A stretch of DNA of 64,000 nt from positions 1 through 64,000 of IMG/VR virus record IMGVR_UViG_3300027721_000009. One strand, 5' to 3'. The position numbers and the translations under genes were made by a program. Below the pieces are notes generated by a model. The model did no database searches. It saw only the letters and a list, made by a program, of their open reading frames with translations, and was not told the DNA's origin. The stretch is from a virus. Its lineage: Duplodnaviria > Heunggongvirae > Uroviricota > Caudoviricetes. Every line of letters begins with the position of its first letter. Within the stretch, counting starts at the first letter, position 1. Below are positions 55,865 to 64,000 of the stretch, one piece after another.

Positions 55865-56324
55865 AGACCTGTGTAATCGTGTGCTTTCATTCTGCGACTC
55901 GTTGCCGTGGAAGCGATACGATTTTCAGAGTCCTAGCGGTATACCATTCCACTATAGCGGCTTTCATGTCCGCAGTGAGCATCCAATCTATCCGGAGCTA
56001 TTGGACTATCTACTCAAGGCAGCACCAGAATTTGAACAGTTTGACCTCAACATATCCATCAACAAATATGAAGTTGGCGACTATATGGGTAGGCATCGTG
56101 ATAACATGCCTATCAGGTGGAGAACTTTTCTTGTCCAGTTGAGCGAACCCGATTCTTACGAAGGTGGCGACTTGACGGTAGACGACAAACCAAGTTCAAG
56201 AGAGCAAGGCACGACTAACTTGTTTGATTCACAAACTGTCTGGCACTCCGTAGACAAAGTGACCAAAGGAACCAGATATAGCATCGTCTATTGGGGTTAC
56301 GAGAAAGAGGTAGAAAATGAATAA
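55857..56324 (+). CDS. 2OG-Fe(II) oxygenase (prolyl-4-hydroxylase-like)
   Basis: GRHRDN HxD motif and distal WHSV His. Confidence 0.6.
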   Translation: MNKDLCNRVLSFCDSLPWKRYDFQSPSGIPFHYSGFHVRSEHPIYPELLDYLLKAAPEFEQFDLNISINKYEVGDYMGRHRDNMPIRWRTFLVQLSEPDSYEGGDLTVDDKPSSREQGTTNLFDSQTVWHSVDKVTKGTRYSIVYWGYEKEVENE

Positions 56325-56691
56325 GCTAGACCATCTAATCGGCGCAACGGGACTCGCCCTGTTCATCTTCGCAGGCTTTCTTGCCGGATGCGAGCCGAAG
56401 CCGCACGGTCCACCTTTGCTGACCGAATGCAAATTCGAAACGCCCCTGAACGTCAACATCATCGTGTTAGACGACAAAGCCATGCGCGAGAAGTGGGAAT
56501 ACTACAATCGCACAAAGCTACCCGAAGCTGCGAAAGTCGAAGGGTTTGCCATCTATAACAAAGCCACCGGTCTTCATACCTTATTTGTATTAGAGATAAG
56601 AGGGCAGGCTGATCATGACCGGATTGAAACCATCGGGCATGAGCTAATGCATTCTTTCTGCGGCGACTGGCATCCGCGAAATTATGGTTGA
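56317..56691 (+). CDS. lipoprotein with HExxH metallopeptidase motif
   Basis: Lipobox FLAGC; GHELMHSF. Confidence 0.5.
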   Translation: MNKLDHLIGATGLALFIFAGFLAGCEPKPHGPPLLTECKFETPLNVNIIVLDDKAMREKWEYYNRTKLPEAAKVEGFAIYNKATGLHTLFVLEIRGQADHDRIETIGHELMHSFCGDWHPRNYG

Positions 56692-56716
56692 CAAATCGAC
56701 TAAATAGTAGTAGACT
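56688..56716 (+). promoter_or_regulatory. sigma70-like promoter TTGACA-N17-TAGACT
   Basis: Read from the sequence; same unusual -10 TAGACT as the 36656 candidate. Confidence 0.4.
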
Positions 56717-56769
56717 ATAAGGCAGAGGATAGACCTCTACCATATTAACTCTAAGGGAGCCTTAGAAAC

Positions 56770-57828
56770 ATGAGCAAGCAAACACACATGTCCGTGTTCA
56801 TCGGACGCTTTCAGCCGCCACACAAGGCGCACATCGAAACCATCACTCGCGCATTGGAATTCTCCGACAAGGTGCTAATTCTAATCGGTTCGGCATTCAA
56901 GCCATCCGACACGCGCAATCCGTTCCCCGCAGCAGAACGCCGGGAAATGATCCAGACTTGCTTTAATCTGGAAACGCAAAAGCGACTCGTATTCGACTAT
57001 ATCTCCGACCATCCATACAACGATCTTGCGTGGGTGAAGAATGTCCAGACCGCAATCGACAAGGCTTACTATGACAACTTCGGTTGGCAGGACAAGGCTG
57101 ACATTACGCTGATCGGACACCACAAAGACGAGTCCACGTATTATCTCGACCTCTTCCCGTCTTACAAGCAAGCGGAAATGGAGAACATCTACGGTCTGGA
57201 TTCCACGACCATCCGTGAACTCTACTTCGCAGGCAAGGATGCGTGGAAGAACAGCAACATGAAGCGTGTCGCGCAGTTCGTTCCGCAGCCGGTCATGAAC
57301 TACATCACCAATCACATGAAGCTGATCGCGTATGATCGTCTTGTGCGCGAATTCGAATTCCTTCGCACCTACAGGCTACAGTGGTCGCAGGCTCCGTATC
57401 CACCAGTGTTCGTCACTGCGGATGCCGTTGTCACCAACATGGGACACGTTCTACTCGTTCGCCGCAAGTCCGCACCGGGAGAAGGTCTGTGGGCAATGCC
57501 GGGAGGTTTCCTCAATCAGTACGAAACGCTGCGTGAGTGTGCGAATCGCGAACTAGAGGAAGAGACTAAGATCAAGGTTCCGCCGCGAGTCCTCGACGGT
57601 TCAATCGTCAAGGAAAAGCGATACGATCATCCCGGTCGCTCGCTGCGCGGACGCACGATCACAACCGCATTTCACTTCGATCTACATGAACGGACTATGC
57701 CGAAGGTTCGCGGCTCAGATGACGCTGCGCAAGCCAAGTGGGTTCCGTTGGCTGAATTCATCAAGATGCAAGCCGTCATGTACGAAGACCACTATTCAAT
57801 CATCACCGACCTTCTAGGTTTGGGCTGA
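56770..57828 (+). CDS. natV: bifunctional NMN adenylyltransferase / Nudix hydrolase (NadM-Nudix, NatV-like)
   Basis: N-terminal [12 protein letters not shown] (HxGH-type); C-terminal Nudix box [24 protein letters not shown]. Confidence 0.85.
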   Translation: MSKQTHMSVFIGRFQPPHKAHIETITRALEFSDKVLILIGSAFKPSDTRNPFPAAERREMIQTCFNLETQKRLVFDYISDHPYNDLAWVKNVQTAIDKAYYDNFGWQDKADITLIGHHKDESTYYLDLFPSYKQAEMENIYGLDSTTIRELYFAGKDAWKNSNMKRVAQFVPQPVMNYITNHMKLIAYDRLVREFEFLRTYRLQWSQAPYPPVFVTADAVVTNMGHVLLVRRKSAPGEGLWAMPGGFLNQYETLRECANRELEEETKIKVPPRVLDGSIVKEKRYDHPGRSLRGRTITTAFHFDLHERTMPKVRGSDDAAQAKWVPLAEFIKMQAVMYEDHYSIITDLLGLG

Positions 57829-57870
57829 GATAGACTTAGCCCCGTTTCAACAGCAGATAAGGAGTTTATC

Positions 57871-59244
57871 ATGCGTACCAATCTTCTACTTAACACCGAC
57901 TCGTACAAGGCTTCCCACTGGCTCCAATACCCACCGGGAACAGAGTACGTCTATTCATACATCGAATCTCGCGGCGGTCTTCATGACGCGACCGTGTTCT
58001 TCGGTCTACAGGCATTCGTAAAAGAATACCTGATCGGCGGCGTGTTTACTCAGGATGACATTGAGGAAGCCGCAGCGTTCTTTGCCGCACATGGCGAACC
58101 GTTCAATCGTGAGGGATGGGAATACATCCTGCGCGAATACGGTGGCAAGCTGCCAATCGAAATCAAGGCACTGCCAGAAGGTCTGCGCGTTCCTGTGCGC
58201 ACTCCGCTAGTCACCATCGTCAACACAGACCCGAAGTGCTTCTGGTTGACCTCGTATCTGGAAACCGCACTGCTTCGCGCAGTCTGGTATCCGACGACTG
58301 TTGCGACAATCTCACACTACATCAAGACCATCATCAAGCGTGAACTGGAAGAGACAGGCGACCTCGCCGGTCTGCCGTTCAAGCTACATGACTTCGGTGC
58401 GCGTGGCGTATCGTCCAACGAATCCGCAGCCCTCGGTGGCATGGCGCATCTGGTCAACTTCCAAGGCTCCGACACGGTTCAGGGTGTAGTCGCGGCGGCT
58501 CGTTACTACAACGAGAAGATGGCAGCGTTCTCCATCCCCGCAGCCGAGCATTCCACGATTACTACGTGGGGTAAGACTCGCGACGGTGAGACTGCGGCAT
58601 ACTACAACATGATTCAGAAGTACAGCAAGCCGGGAAGCATCTTCGCAGTTGTTTCTGACTCCTACGATATCTTCAAGGCGTGCGAAGAGATTTGGGGTGG
58701 AAGCCTCAAGGATGCCGTAATTGCTCACGGTGGTACTCTGGTCATCCGTCCTGACTCCGGTGATCCGGTTGCTGTCACACTTCGCTGCGTCCAGATTCTT
58801 GACGAGAAGTTCGGCAGCACTCGCAATGACAAGGGATTCAAAGTCCTCAATCACGTTCGACTCATTCAGGGTGACGGTGTGAATCCTTCAAGCATCGAAG
58901 CCATCCTGATGAACTTCAAGGCACATGGCTACAGCGCAGACAACATTGCGTTCGGCATGGGCGGCGCGTTGCTCCAACACATGAACCGTGACACACAAGA
59001 GTTCGCAATGAAGGCGAGCGCAGTCATGGTCAACGGTGAATGGCGGGACGTATCCAAGTCACCTGTCGGTCAGGCTTCGAAAAAGTCGAAAGGTGGACGT
59101 TTCTCGGTGGTTATGGAAGGCGGTCGCCTGATAACCATCGGTTATGACGAGACTGAGGAAGACTACTTGAGAACCGTTCTCATCAACGGGAAACTGGTAC
59201 GGGACATGACACTAAGCCAGATTCGCTACAATACGAGCCTCTAG
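57871..59244 (+). CDS. nadV: nicotinamide phosphoribosyltransferase (NadV/Nampt)
   Basis: NTDSYKASHW N-terminus and type II PRTase pattern over the full length. Confidence 0.85.
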   Translation: MRTNLLLNTDSYKASHWLQYPPGTEYVYSYIESRGGLHDATVFFGLQAFVKEYLIGGVFTQDDIEEAAAFFAAHGEPFNREGWEYILREYGGKLPIEIKALPEGLRVPVRTPLVTIVNTDPKCFWLTSYLETALLRAVWYPTTVATISHYIKTIIKRELEETGDLAGLPFKLHDFGARGVSSNESAALGGMAHLVNFQGSDTVQGVVAAARYYNEKMAAFSIPAAEHSTITTWGKTRDGETAAYYNMIQKYSKPGSIFAVVSDSYDIFKACEEIWGGSLKDAVIAHGGTLVIRPDSGDPVAVTLRCVQILDEKFGSTRNDKGFKVLNHVRLIQGDGVNPSSIEAILMNFKAHGYSADNIAFGMGGALLQHMNRDTQEFAMKASAVMVNGEWRDVSKSPVGQASKKSKGGRFSVVMEGGRLITIGYDETEEDYLRTVLINGKLVRDMTLSQIRYNTSL

Positions 59245-59410
59245 AAGCCTAATATGAGCCGTTTGGGGAGTACCCGCTAGGGTAGCCTAGGGTACCCCCA
59301 AATAGCCCCAAAACGCCTCTCAGGGGGCTTACAGAGGCTCTCGTAAGTGCTTGATTCTATTAGGGTTATTAGGGCTAATCTAAGTTACTGATTCTTAAAA
59401 GCTTTTTCGT
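59245..59410 (+). repeat. intergenic repeat element, copy 5 (28-mer GTACCCGCTAGGGTAGCCTAGGGTACCC at 59271-59298; CGTAAGTGCTTGATTC at 59342-59357; variant CTAAGTTACTGATTC at 59380-59394)
   Basis: 28-mer identical to 40392-40419. Confidence 0.7.
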
Positions 59411-59411
59411 G

Positions 59412-59439
59412 TTGCATTCTCGGTCCAGTCTGATATACT
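59412..59439 (+). promoter_or_regulatory. sigma70-like promoter TTGCAT-N16-TATACT
   Basis: Read from the sequence. Confidence 0.5.
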
Positions 59440-59444
59440 GGTAT

Positions 59445-59790
59445 TACAGAGTGAGGAAACGGGCATGAGTTAGTAGACACAGTAACGGTTGCGTTCAAGG
59501 GTAAGTTACCATGACACTTGAATAACCGCGCACAGCATGGTGACTCGGCATAGCAAAATGACCCCGCTATGTCGGATACAAAGAGAGCCGACTCATTAAC
59601 CGGTGGGGTGCGCAACTGGCACAAGGCGTTAACAAAAGTTGAAACTGCCACGGATGGGAACCTGAATCGCGCAGTGCGGTCCCTACCATCTAAGAATAGA
59701 CCGCAACTGCGCACTTGGGAAAGGATACACTGACGACGACGGGACAGATGGTAGCTTTGTAAAGCACTGTCCCGTCGAATTTCAGATCGA
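59445..59790 (+). ncRNA. about 350-nt highly structured non-coding leader / candidate ncRNA
   Basis: No + ORF. Long perfect hairpins GCGCAGUGCGGUC...GACCGCA-A-CUGCGC (59667-59712) and GACGGGACAG...CUGUCCCGUC (59740-59778). Confidence 0.35.
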
Positions 59791-59792
59791 AT

Positions 59793-60209
59793 ATGGCATA
59801 CATGAGTCAAGAGCGCAAGGCGCAACTCTCCCCGGCTATCAAGGCGCATTGCGCCAAGTATGGCATCAAGGCTTCGATTGCCGTGCGCCATCATTCGACC
59901 CTTGTGGTCAACATCAAGTCGGGCAAGCTCGACTTCTGCCAGAATTTCTACGATACGCAGGCTCCGGTTCATGCGCATCGTTATCCGCATCATGAAGCCA
60001 TGATGAAGCCGAATGCCATTCAAGTCAATCCGCACTGGTGCCATGAGCATTTCTCTGGCAAGTGCAAGACGTTCATCGTGGAACTCATTCGCCTGATGAA
60101 CATCGGCAACCATGACCGTTCGGACATTCAGACCGACTACTTTGATGTGGGTTGGTACAAGGATGTGAACATTGGTACGTGGAACAAGCCTTACGTGGTG
60201 ACGAAGTAA
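59793..60209 (+). CDS. hypothetical His-rich protein
   Basis: 138-aa ORF. Confidence 0.5.
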   Translation: MAYMSQERKAQLSPAIKAHCAKYGIKASIAVRHHSTLVVNIKSGKLDFCQNFYDTQAPVHAHRYPHHEAMMKPNAIQVNPHWCHEHFSGKCKTFIVELIRLMNIGNHDRSDIQTDYFDVGWYKDVNIGTWNKPYVVTK

Positions 60210-60544
60210 TGAAAATCTACAATCGCAACGATGGCAAGGCTCGCAAGGTTCTTGCTGCTGTTAAGCGTCTTGCTAAGAAGAGCAAAGACGACAGCGTGAT
60301 GCTTGTCGATATCTACGCGAATTGTCGCGAGCAGGGTTTCCACCTTGCGTCCTGCGACGACTGCGCCGTGTCGTTTTCCGAATTCCGGCGCAGCGACAAC
60401 ATCGTTGTCTACGTCGGCAAGCGCAAGGATTTTGCGTTCAACACGCACATCCCCTCTGAGGAAGTTTACGAGAATGCGAAGTTCTTCGCTCCTGACGGCT
60501 ACGAAGCCGCTGCGAAGTTCATCGTCAAGCATCTGGAAGGCTAA
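60209..60544 (+). CDS. hypothetical protein
   Basis: ATGA overlap; ATG at 60209. Confidence 0.45.
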   Translation: MKIYNRNDGKARKVLAAVKRLAKKSKDDSVMLVDIYANCREQGFHLASCDDCAVSFSEFRRSDNIVVYVGKRKDFAFNTHIPSEEVYENAKFFAPDGYEAAAKFIVKHLEG

Positions 60545-60545
60545 C

Positions 60546-60785
60546 ATGGCTAAGATTAAGAACAGTTCGACTTATCACTCCCGCGTCCGTTACGGCATCA
60601 TGGATGAAAACGGTATGCAGTTTGGCGACCTGAGTGACCCGACGCTTTTCAATCTGCCGACTGCGCGAAAGTTGTTCGAAGAGAATTTGAACGACCTCGG
60701 ACAGTGTGCGCAGATCGTGAAGGTCCGCGTTACCTACGAAGTCCTCGACTATGACGATGACGCATTCCGACTGACGGACGACTAA
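60546..60785 (+). CDS. hypothetical protein
   Basis: ATG at 60546 (MAKIKN). Confidence 0.45.
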   Translation: MAKIKNSSTYHSRVRYGIMDENGMQFGDLSDPTLFNLPTARKLFEENLNDLGQCAQIVKVRVTYEVLDYDDDAFRLTDD

Positions 60786-60786
60786 T

Positions 60787-61095
60787 ATGGCTCTTACACT
60801 CTTAACTCCGCGTCAGGAAACCCTGATCGTCAATAACGTTGTGGCAGCGTGTCGCGATATCGAACGTCTGAATCGCACCGGCTACAAGTTCATCAATCTG
60901 TGCGCCGGATTCATTGCGCACTATGACCTGTACGGCTTCCGCGCCGCGTATGGCTATTCGGGCAAACTCGCTGCGGATATCATGCGCAACCGTTTCGCAA
61001 ACGAGTGGAAGAACTTCCACGTAGGCGAGCGCGATTACGACTACTATCAGCAAAAGGCGCGGGTGTACGCTCGCATCGTTGAGGCAATTCGATAA
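60787..61095 (+). CDS. hypothetical protein
   Basis: 102-aa ORF. Confidence 0.45.
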   Translation: MALTLLTPRQETLIVNNVVAACRDIERLNRTGYKFINLCAGFIAHYDLYGFRAAYGYSGKLAADIMRNRFANEWKNFHVGERDYDYYQQKARVYARIVEAIR

Positions 61096-61310
61096 TGGGT
61101 ATCGGTGACGACAGCGAATTCCGTTTGGCGCGTGCCGCGTTTCTTTCGAAGTCTCTCAAGGCATCGGCTACCGCAGGCGTGGCAGAAGATCAAGTAAACA
61201 ACGTGTACGCAGGCTACTGCGAATCGTTCCTCATGCTTCTAGCCACTCGCTATCCGGAAGTCCGCAAGGAAATGGAAGAGCGCATTCTCTACAAGGGATT
61301 CCGTTCATGA
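61095..61310 (+). CDS. hypothetical protein
   Basis: 71-aa ORF. Confidence 0.4.
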   Translation: MGIGDDSEFRLARAAFLSKSLKASATAGVAEDQVNNVYAGYCESFLMLLATRYPEVRKEMEERILYKGFRS

Positions 61311-61519
61311 AGTCTTACGTTCTACGTGCCGGTTCGAAGTATACTCTCATGCAAGAGACTCCGACCAAAATGCTGATCATTCCGGATGTTGCGGATCGTG
61401 ACATTTCGTTCGATGACAGCGAATTGATCGAAGTGGATACCGTCACAAAGATGCTTCACTTCAAGGTTGGCAATCGGCACTACTATGCCAACAACAGCAA
61501 CGTGAGCATCGTTCACTAA
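61307..61519 (+). CDS. hypothetical protein
   Basis: 70-aa ORF. Confidence 0.4.
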   Translation: MKSYVLRAGSKYTLMQETPTKMLIIPDVADRDISFDDSELIEVDTVTKMLHFKVGNRHYYANNSNVSIVH

Positions 61520-61737
61520 TGATCTTCAACGACACATTGACGGCTGACTCATTGCAGGAAGAGTATCTTGCATGGGCGAAGGATTGGAGTCAGGGTAAGA
61601 CCTCGCTCCGCTTCGGGCAGCACATCTGTAATAAATACCTAGTCTTAGGCAAGTCCGCACCTGAGATTTTCTATGCCGAAAACGTAGGGGATGCCTACTG
61701 GCTAATCGCGGACGTTTTAGTAAATCAGGAAATTTGA
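61519..61737 (+). CDS. hypothetical protein
   Basis: 72-aa ORF. Confidence 0.4.
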   Translation: MIFNDTLTADSLQEEYLAWAKDWSQGKTSLRFGQHICNKYLVLGKSAPEIFYAENVGDAYWLIADVLVNQEI

Positions 61738-61937
61738 GCATGTCACGCACATGGAAACGGGATGATTCTGGTCGCAAGAATCAGGGCGACTCTCTTAGAG
61801 ATAAGAGGCGAAACAAGTACAATAACACGCACCGCGAGGATGCCGTAAATCCGGATTCCTACGACCGCATGAAATTGAATCAGGAGTTCCGGCGTAACTC
61901 TAATTTCAATTATGGGCTTGACAACGACTCAGATTAG
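61734..61937 (+). CDS. hypothetical basic protein
   Basis: 67-aa ORF. Confidence 0.4.
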   Translation: MSMSRTWKRDDSGRKNQGDSLRDKRRNKYNNTHREDAVNPDSYDRMKLNQEFRRNSNFNYGLDNDSD

Positions 61938-61946
61938 TGCTATACT
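61918..61946 (+). promoter_or_regulatory. sigma70-like promoter TTGACA-N17-TATACT
   Basis: Read from the sequence; overlaps the 3' end of the preceding ORF. Confidence 0.5.
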
Positions 61947-61989
61947 GATCCCGTCGATTTGATTTATCATTTGAATTTGAGGTTTTGTA

Positions 61990-62433
61990 ATGTCTAAGTC
62001 TACCAAGTATTTCGAACTCTTCTCGGCTCTCCGCGCAGGCGGCGACAAGGGAGTTTCCCCGGCAGCGTTGCAGAAGGCGACCGGTTTCAATCAGGGTGCG
62101 CTCGCCGTCTACATTCACGCACTGCGCCATCAGTTCGGTGCTGTCATCGAGTCCGTCCGTAACGGTCGCACCGTGACCGCATACCGGCTCACCAATGCGG
62201 ATGAAGTGACCATCACTGCGGCACGCAAGCCGCGCACGCTCAAGACGAAGGCGAAGGCATCGGCTAAGAAGCCGGTCAAGATGAAGACCGTCAAGCCTAC
62301 GCTTCGCACCGCACAGATTGTCAAGACCTCCAAGGTTGACGACGGTTCGATTCCGGTTCTCGACGCGGACCTCGACATTGCCGAAATCGGCGCGTCGGAG
62401 TTGGACGACATTCGCCACTCTCTCGGTATCTAA
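61990..62433 (+). CDS. basic, possibly DNA-binding protein
   Basis: 147-aa ORF with a Lys-rich central region. Confidence 0.45.
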   Translation: MSKSTKYFELFSALRAGGDKGVSPAALQKATGFNQGALAVYIHALRHQFGAVIESVRNGRTVTAYRLTNADEVTITAARKPRTLKTKAKASAKKPVKMKTVKPTLRTAQIVKTSKVDDGSIPVLDADLDIAEIGASELDDIRHSLGI

Positions 62434-62435
62434 TC

Positions 62436-62585
62436 ATGAAGAATCATCAGTTCTTCGCGCTACAGTGTAGCATCTGGATCGTCGGCTCGACGGCAGCACA
62501 GACTCCGGTTGCCAAGATCGGATTCCTTGTGATCGGTATTGTCTACCTGATCCTGCAATTCATTGCCATCAAGAGTGAAGTATGA
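62436..62585 (+). CDS. small membrane protein (about 50 aa)
   Basis: MKNHQFFALQCSIWIVGSTAAQ... Confidence 0.3.
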   Translation: MKNHQFFALQCSIWIVGSTAAQTPVAKIGFLVIGIVYLILQFIAIKSEV

Positions 62586-62848
62586 CAAGTCTCCGTAAAG
62601 ATGGTCTGCCCGTAGTTCCCGTTTGCATTGAATGCGAGCATTGGTATGATTCCGTGTTCGATGCCTGTAACTCCCCCAACAGGGCGCGAGACTTCGACCC
62701 CGTTCACGGCTATACGTACAAAACGATACGCTGCCGCGATGCGCGTGCCGACAACAATCTGTGCGGAACTGCCGGGGCATGGTACGAGCCAAGGAAGGTG
62801 GTCAAGCCGACACTTCGGCAGCGCATTCGGCGGTGGCTCTTCTCGTAA
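62582..62848 (+). CDS. Cys-rich zinc-finger-like protein
   Basis: CIECEHW...C...C...C pattern. Confidence 0.4.
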   Translation: MTSLRKDGLPVVPVCIECEHWYDSVFDACNSPNRARDFDPVHGYTYKTIRCRDARADNNLCGTAGAWYEPRKVVKPTLRQRIRRWLFS

Positions 62849-62857
62849 TCCCTAAAT

Positions 62858-63064
62858 ATGGGAGCAGGGATGCTCCCTCGGGAGGATGACATGTTAAGTT
62901 TCACACGCGAATCGACTCATTACTACATCATTTCGAACATCTGGATCGCGACGAGCATTCTCGCTGACCAGTGGTACGACATGTACTTCGCAGGCGCGAT
63001 GGGTCTTATCTGGTTCCTGTATGGCTTGTGGATGGGTAAGAAGGAAAAGGACAGCGAAAGCTAA
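62858..63064 (+). CDS. small membrane protein
   Basis: 68-aa ORF, two hydrophobic segments. Confidence 0.4.
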   Translation: MGAGMLPREDDMLSFTRESTHYYIISNIWIATSILADQWYDMYFAGAMGLIWFLYGLWMGKKEKDSES

Positions 63065-63067
63065 ACT

Positions 63068-63601
63068 ATGAATGTGTTTTTCCTCGACCGTGATCCTCAG
63101 ATCGCGGCGCAGTTTCATAATGACAAACATGTGGTAAAGATGATTCTGGAATCCGCACAGTTGCTCTCGACTGCGCATCGGGTTCTGGACGGCGACTCAA
63201 AAGGAGTGCTGAGTGATGCGCGAAATGACGTTCTCTATAAGGCTACCCACCGTAATCACCCGTCTGCTGTATGGGTTAGACGCGAACTTGATCACTATCG
63301 TTGGGTTCATGATCTACTGTATTTTCTTATTGGTGAGTTCCGCTATCGCTACGGCAAGCCGCACGCCACAGAACGTCTACAGCCCTTTCTTCTAGACGCA
63401 CCGCACAACATCCCCATGGACGGTCCTTTCATCATGGAAGACCCTCCGCAGTGTATGCCGGATGACTCCAAGCATGAAGATTGTGTGACAGCGTACCGTA
63501 CATACTACGCTAGACATAAATACCATATCGCGGGTTGGAAACGTCGCGGCACTCCGGAGTGGTGGAATGAAACGGTTCAAGGAATTCATATCGGAAAGTA
63601 G
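63068..63601 (+). CDS. hypothetical protein
   Basis: 177-aa ORF. Confidence 0.5.
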   Translation: MNVFFLDRDPQIAAQFHNDKHVVKMILESAQLLSTAHRVLDGDSKGVLSDARNDVLYKATHRNHPSAVWVRRELDHYRWVHDLLYFLIGEFRYRYGKPHATERLQPFLLDAPHNIPMDGPFIMEDPPQCMPDDSKHEDCVTAYRTYYARHKYHIAGWKRRGTPEWWNETVQGIHIGK

Positions 63602-64000
63602 TCTTCATGTCTTCGACATAGATGACACGCTGTTCCATACGACCGCAAAAGTCCACGTAAAGAAAGGTGGCAAGACGGTCAAGACCCTCTCTTCGGCTGA
63701 GTATAACAGCCATACGCTCCCACCGGGACACTCGTATGACTACCACGAATTCCACTCAGCCCACAAATTCGACACCGAATCCAAGCCTGTTCATCGGATG
63801 ATGGACAAGCTGAAAGGCGTTCATGCCTCCGTGAAAGCGAAGGGGAACGGACGAGTCATTCTCAATACCGCAAGGCAGGACTTCGATGACCGAGAAACGT
63901 TTTTGGGAACCTTTCGCAAGCATGGTGTTGAGATTGATGATATTCACGTACATCGTGCGGGTAACATTGCTAGGGAGAAAGGAATCTCCGTTGGACACGC
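63567..64000 (+). CDS. HAD-superfamily phosphatase (DxDxT), 5' part; continues beyond the window
   Basis: ATG at 63567 with GGAG RBS; VFDIDDTLF is HAD motif I. No stop before the window ends. Absent from the ORF track. Confidence 0.55.
   Translation, partial: MKRFKEFISESSLHVFDIDDTLFHTTAKVHVKKGGKTVKTLSSAEYNSHTLPPGHSYDYHEFHSAHKFDTESKPVHRMMDKLKGVHASVKAKGNGRVILNTARQDFDDRETFLGTFRKHGVEIDDIHVHRAGNIAREKGISVGH

Noticed and set aside
59385-60113. Minus-strand 242-aa ORF over the structured leader and gene 59793
   Set aside because: Overlaps the promoter and the long hairpins; more parsimonious as non-coding. Flagged as a refutation test in findings.

Overview
This window reads as about 64 kb of a large, virulent tailed phage genome of the T4/KVP40 type. 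Almost every gene is on the + strand, tightly packed, often with ATGA/TAATG overlaps. Modules in order:

- A nucleotide-sugar cluster: RmlB, RmlA, an E1/RfbH-like 3-dehydrase and an SDR reductase.
- A block of five very basic His/Lys-rich proteins, including a nucleotidyltransferase plus P-loop kinase fusion.
- A lysis cassette: M15 peptidase, GH19 endolysin, holin, and Rz with Rz1 embedded.
- Replication and nucleotide genes: primase, ThyX, a ribonucleotide reductase.
- Glycan-tailoring genes: GT25 glycosyltransferase, FkbM and class I methyltransferases, UDP-glucuronate decarboxylase.
- Many small ORFs separated by a recurring intergenic repeat, each copy carrying a sigma70-consensus promoter.
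- An SPFH lipoprotein and a vWA/MIDAS protein preceded by a long non-coding region.
- An RNA-repair-like cassette: Pnk-type kinase, RNA ligase, metallophosphoesterase and an ATP-dependent DNA ligase.
- NAD+ salvage: NadV plus a NadM-Nudix fusion.
- A roughly 7 kb tRNA array at 42.3-48.9 kb with about 40 tRNA genes. Embedded in it are a minus-strand sulfotransferase gene, a 2OG-Fe(II) oxygenase gene and a roughly 170-nt element with the conserved core motifs of bacterial RNase P RNA.

All coordinates were hand-derived from the printed sequence; tRNA folds and promoter calls were made by eye and should be re-run with tRNAscan-SE/ARAGORN and promoter tools.
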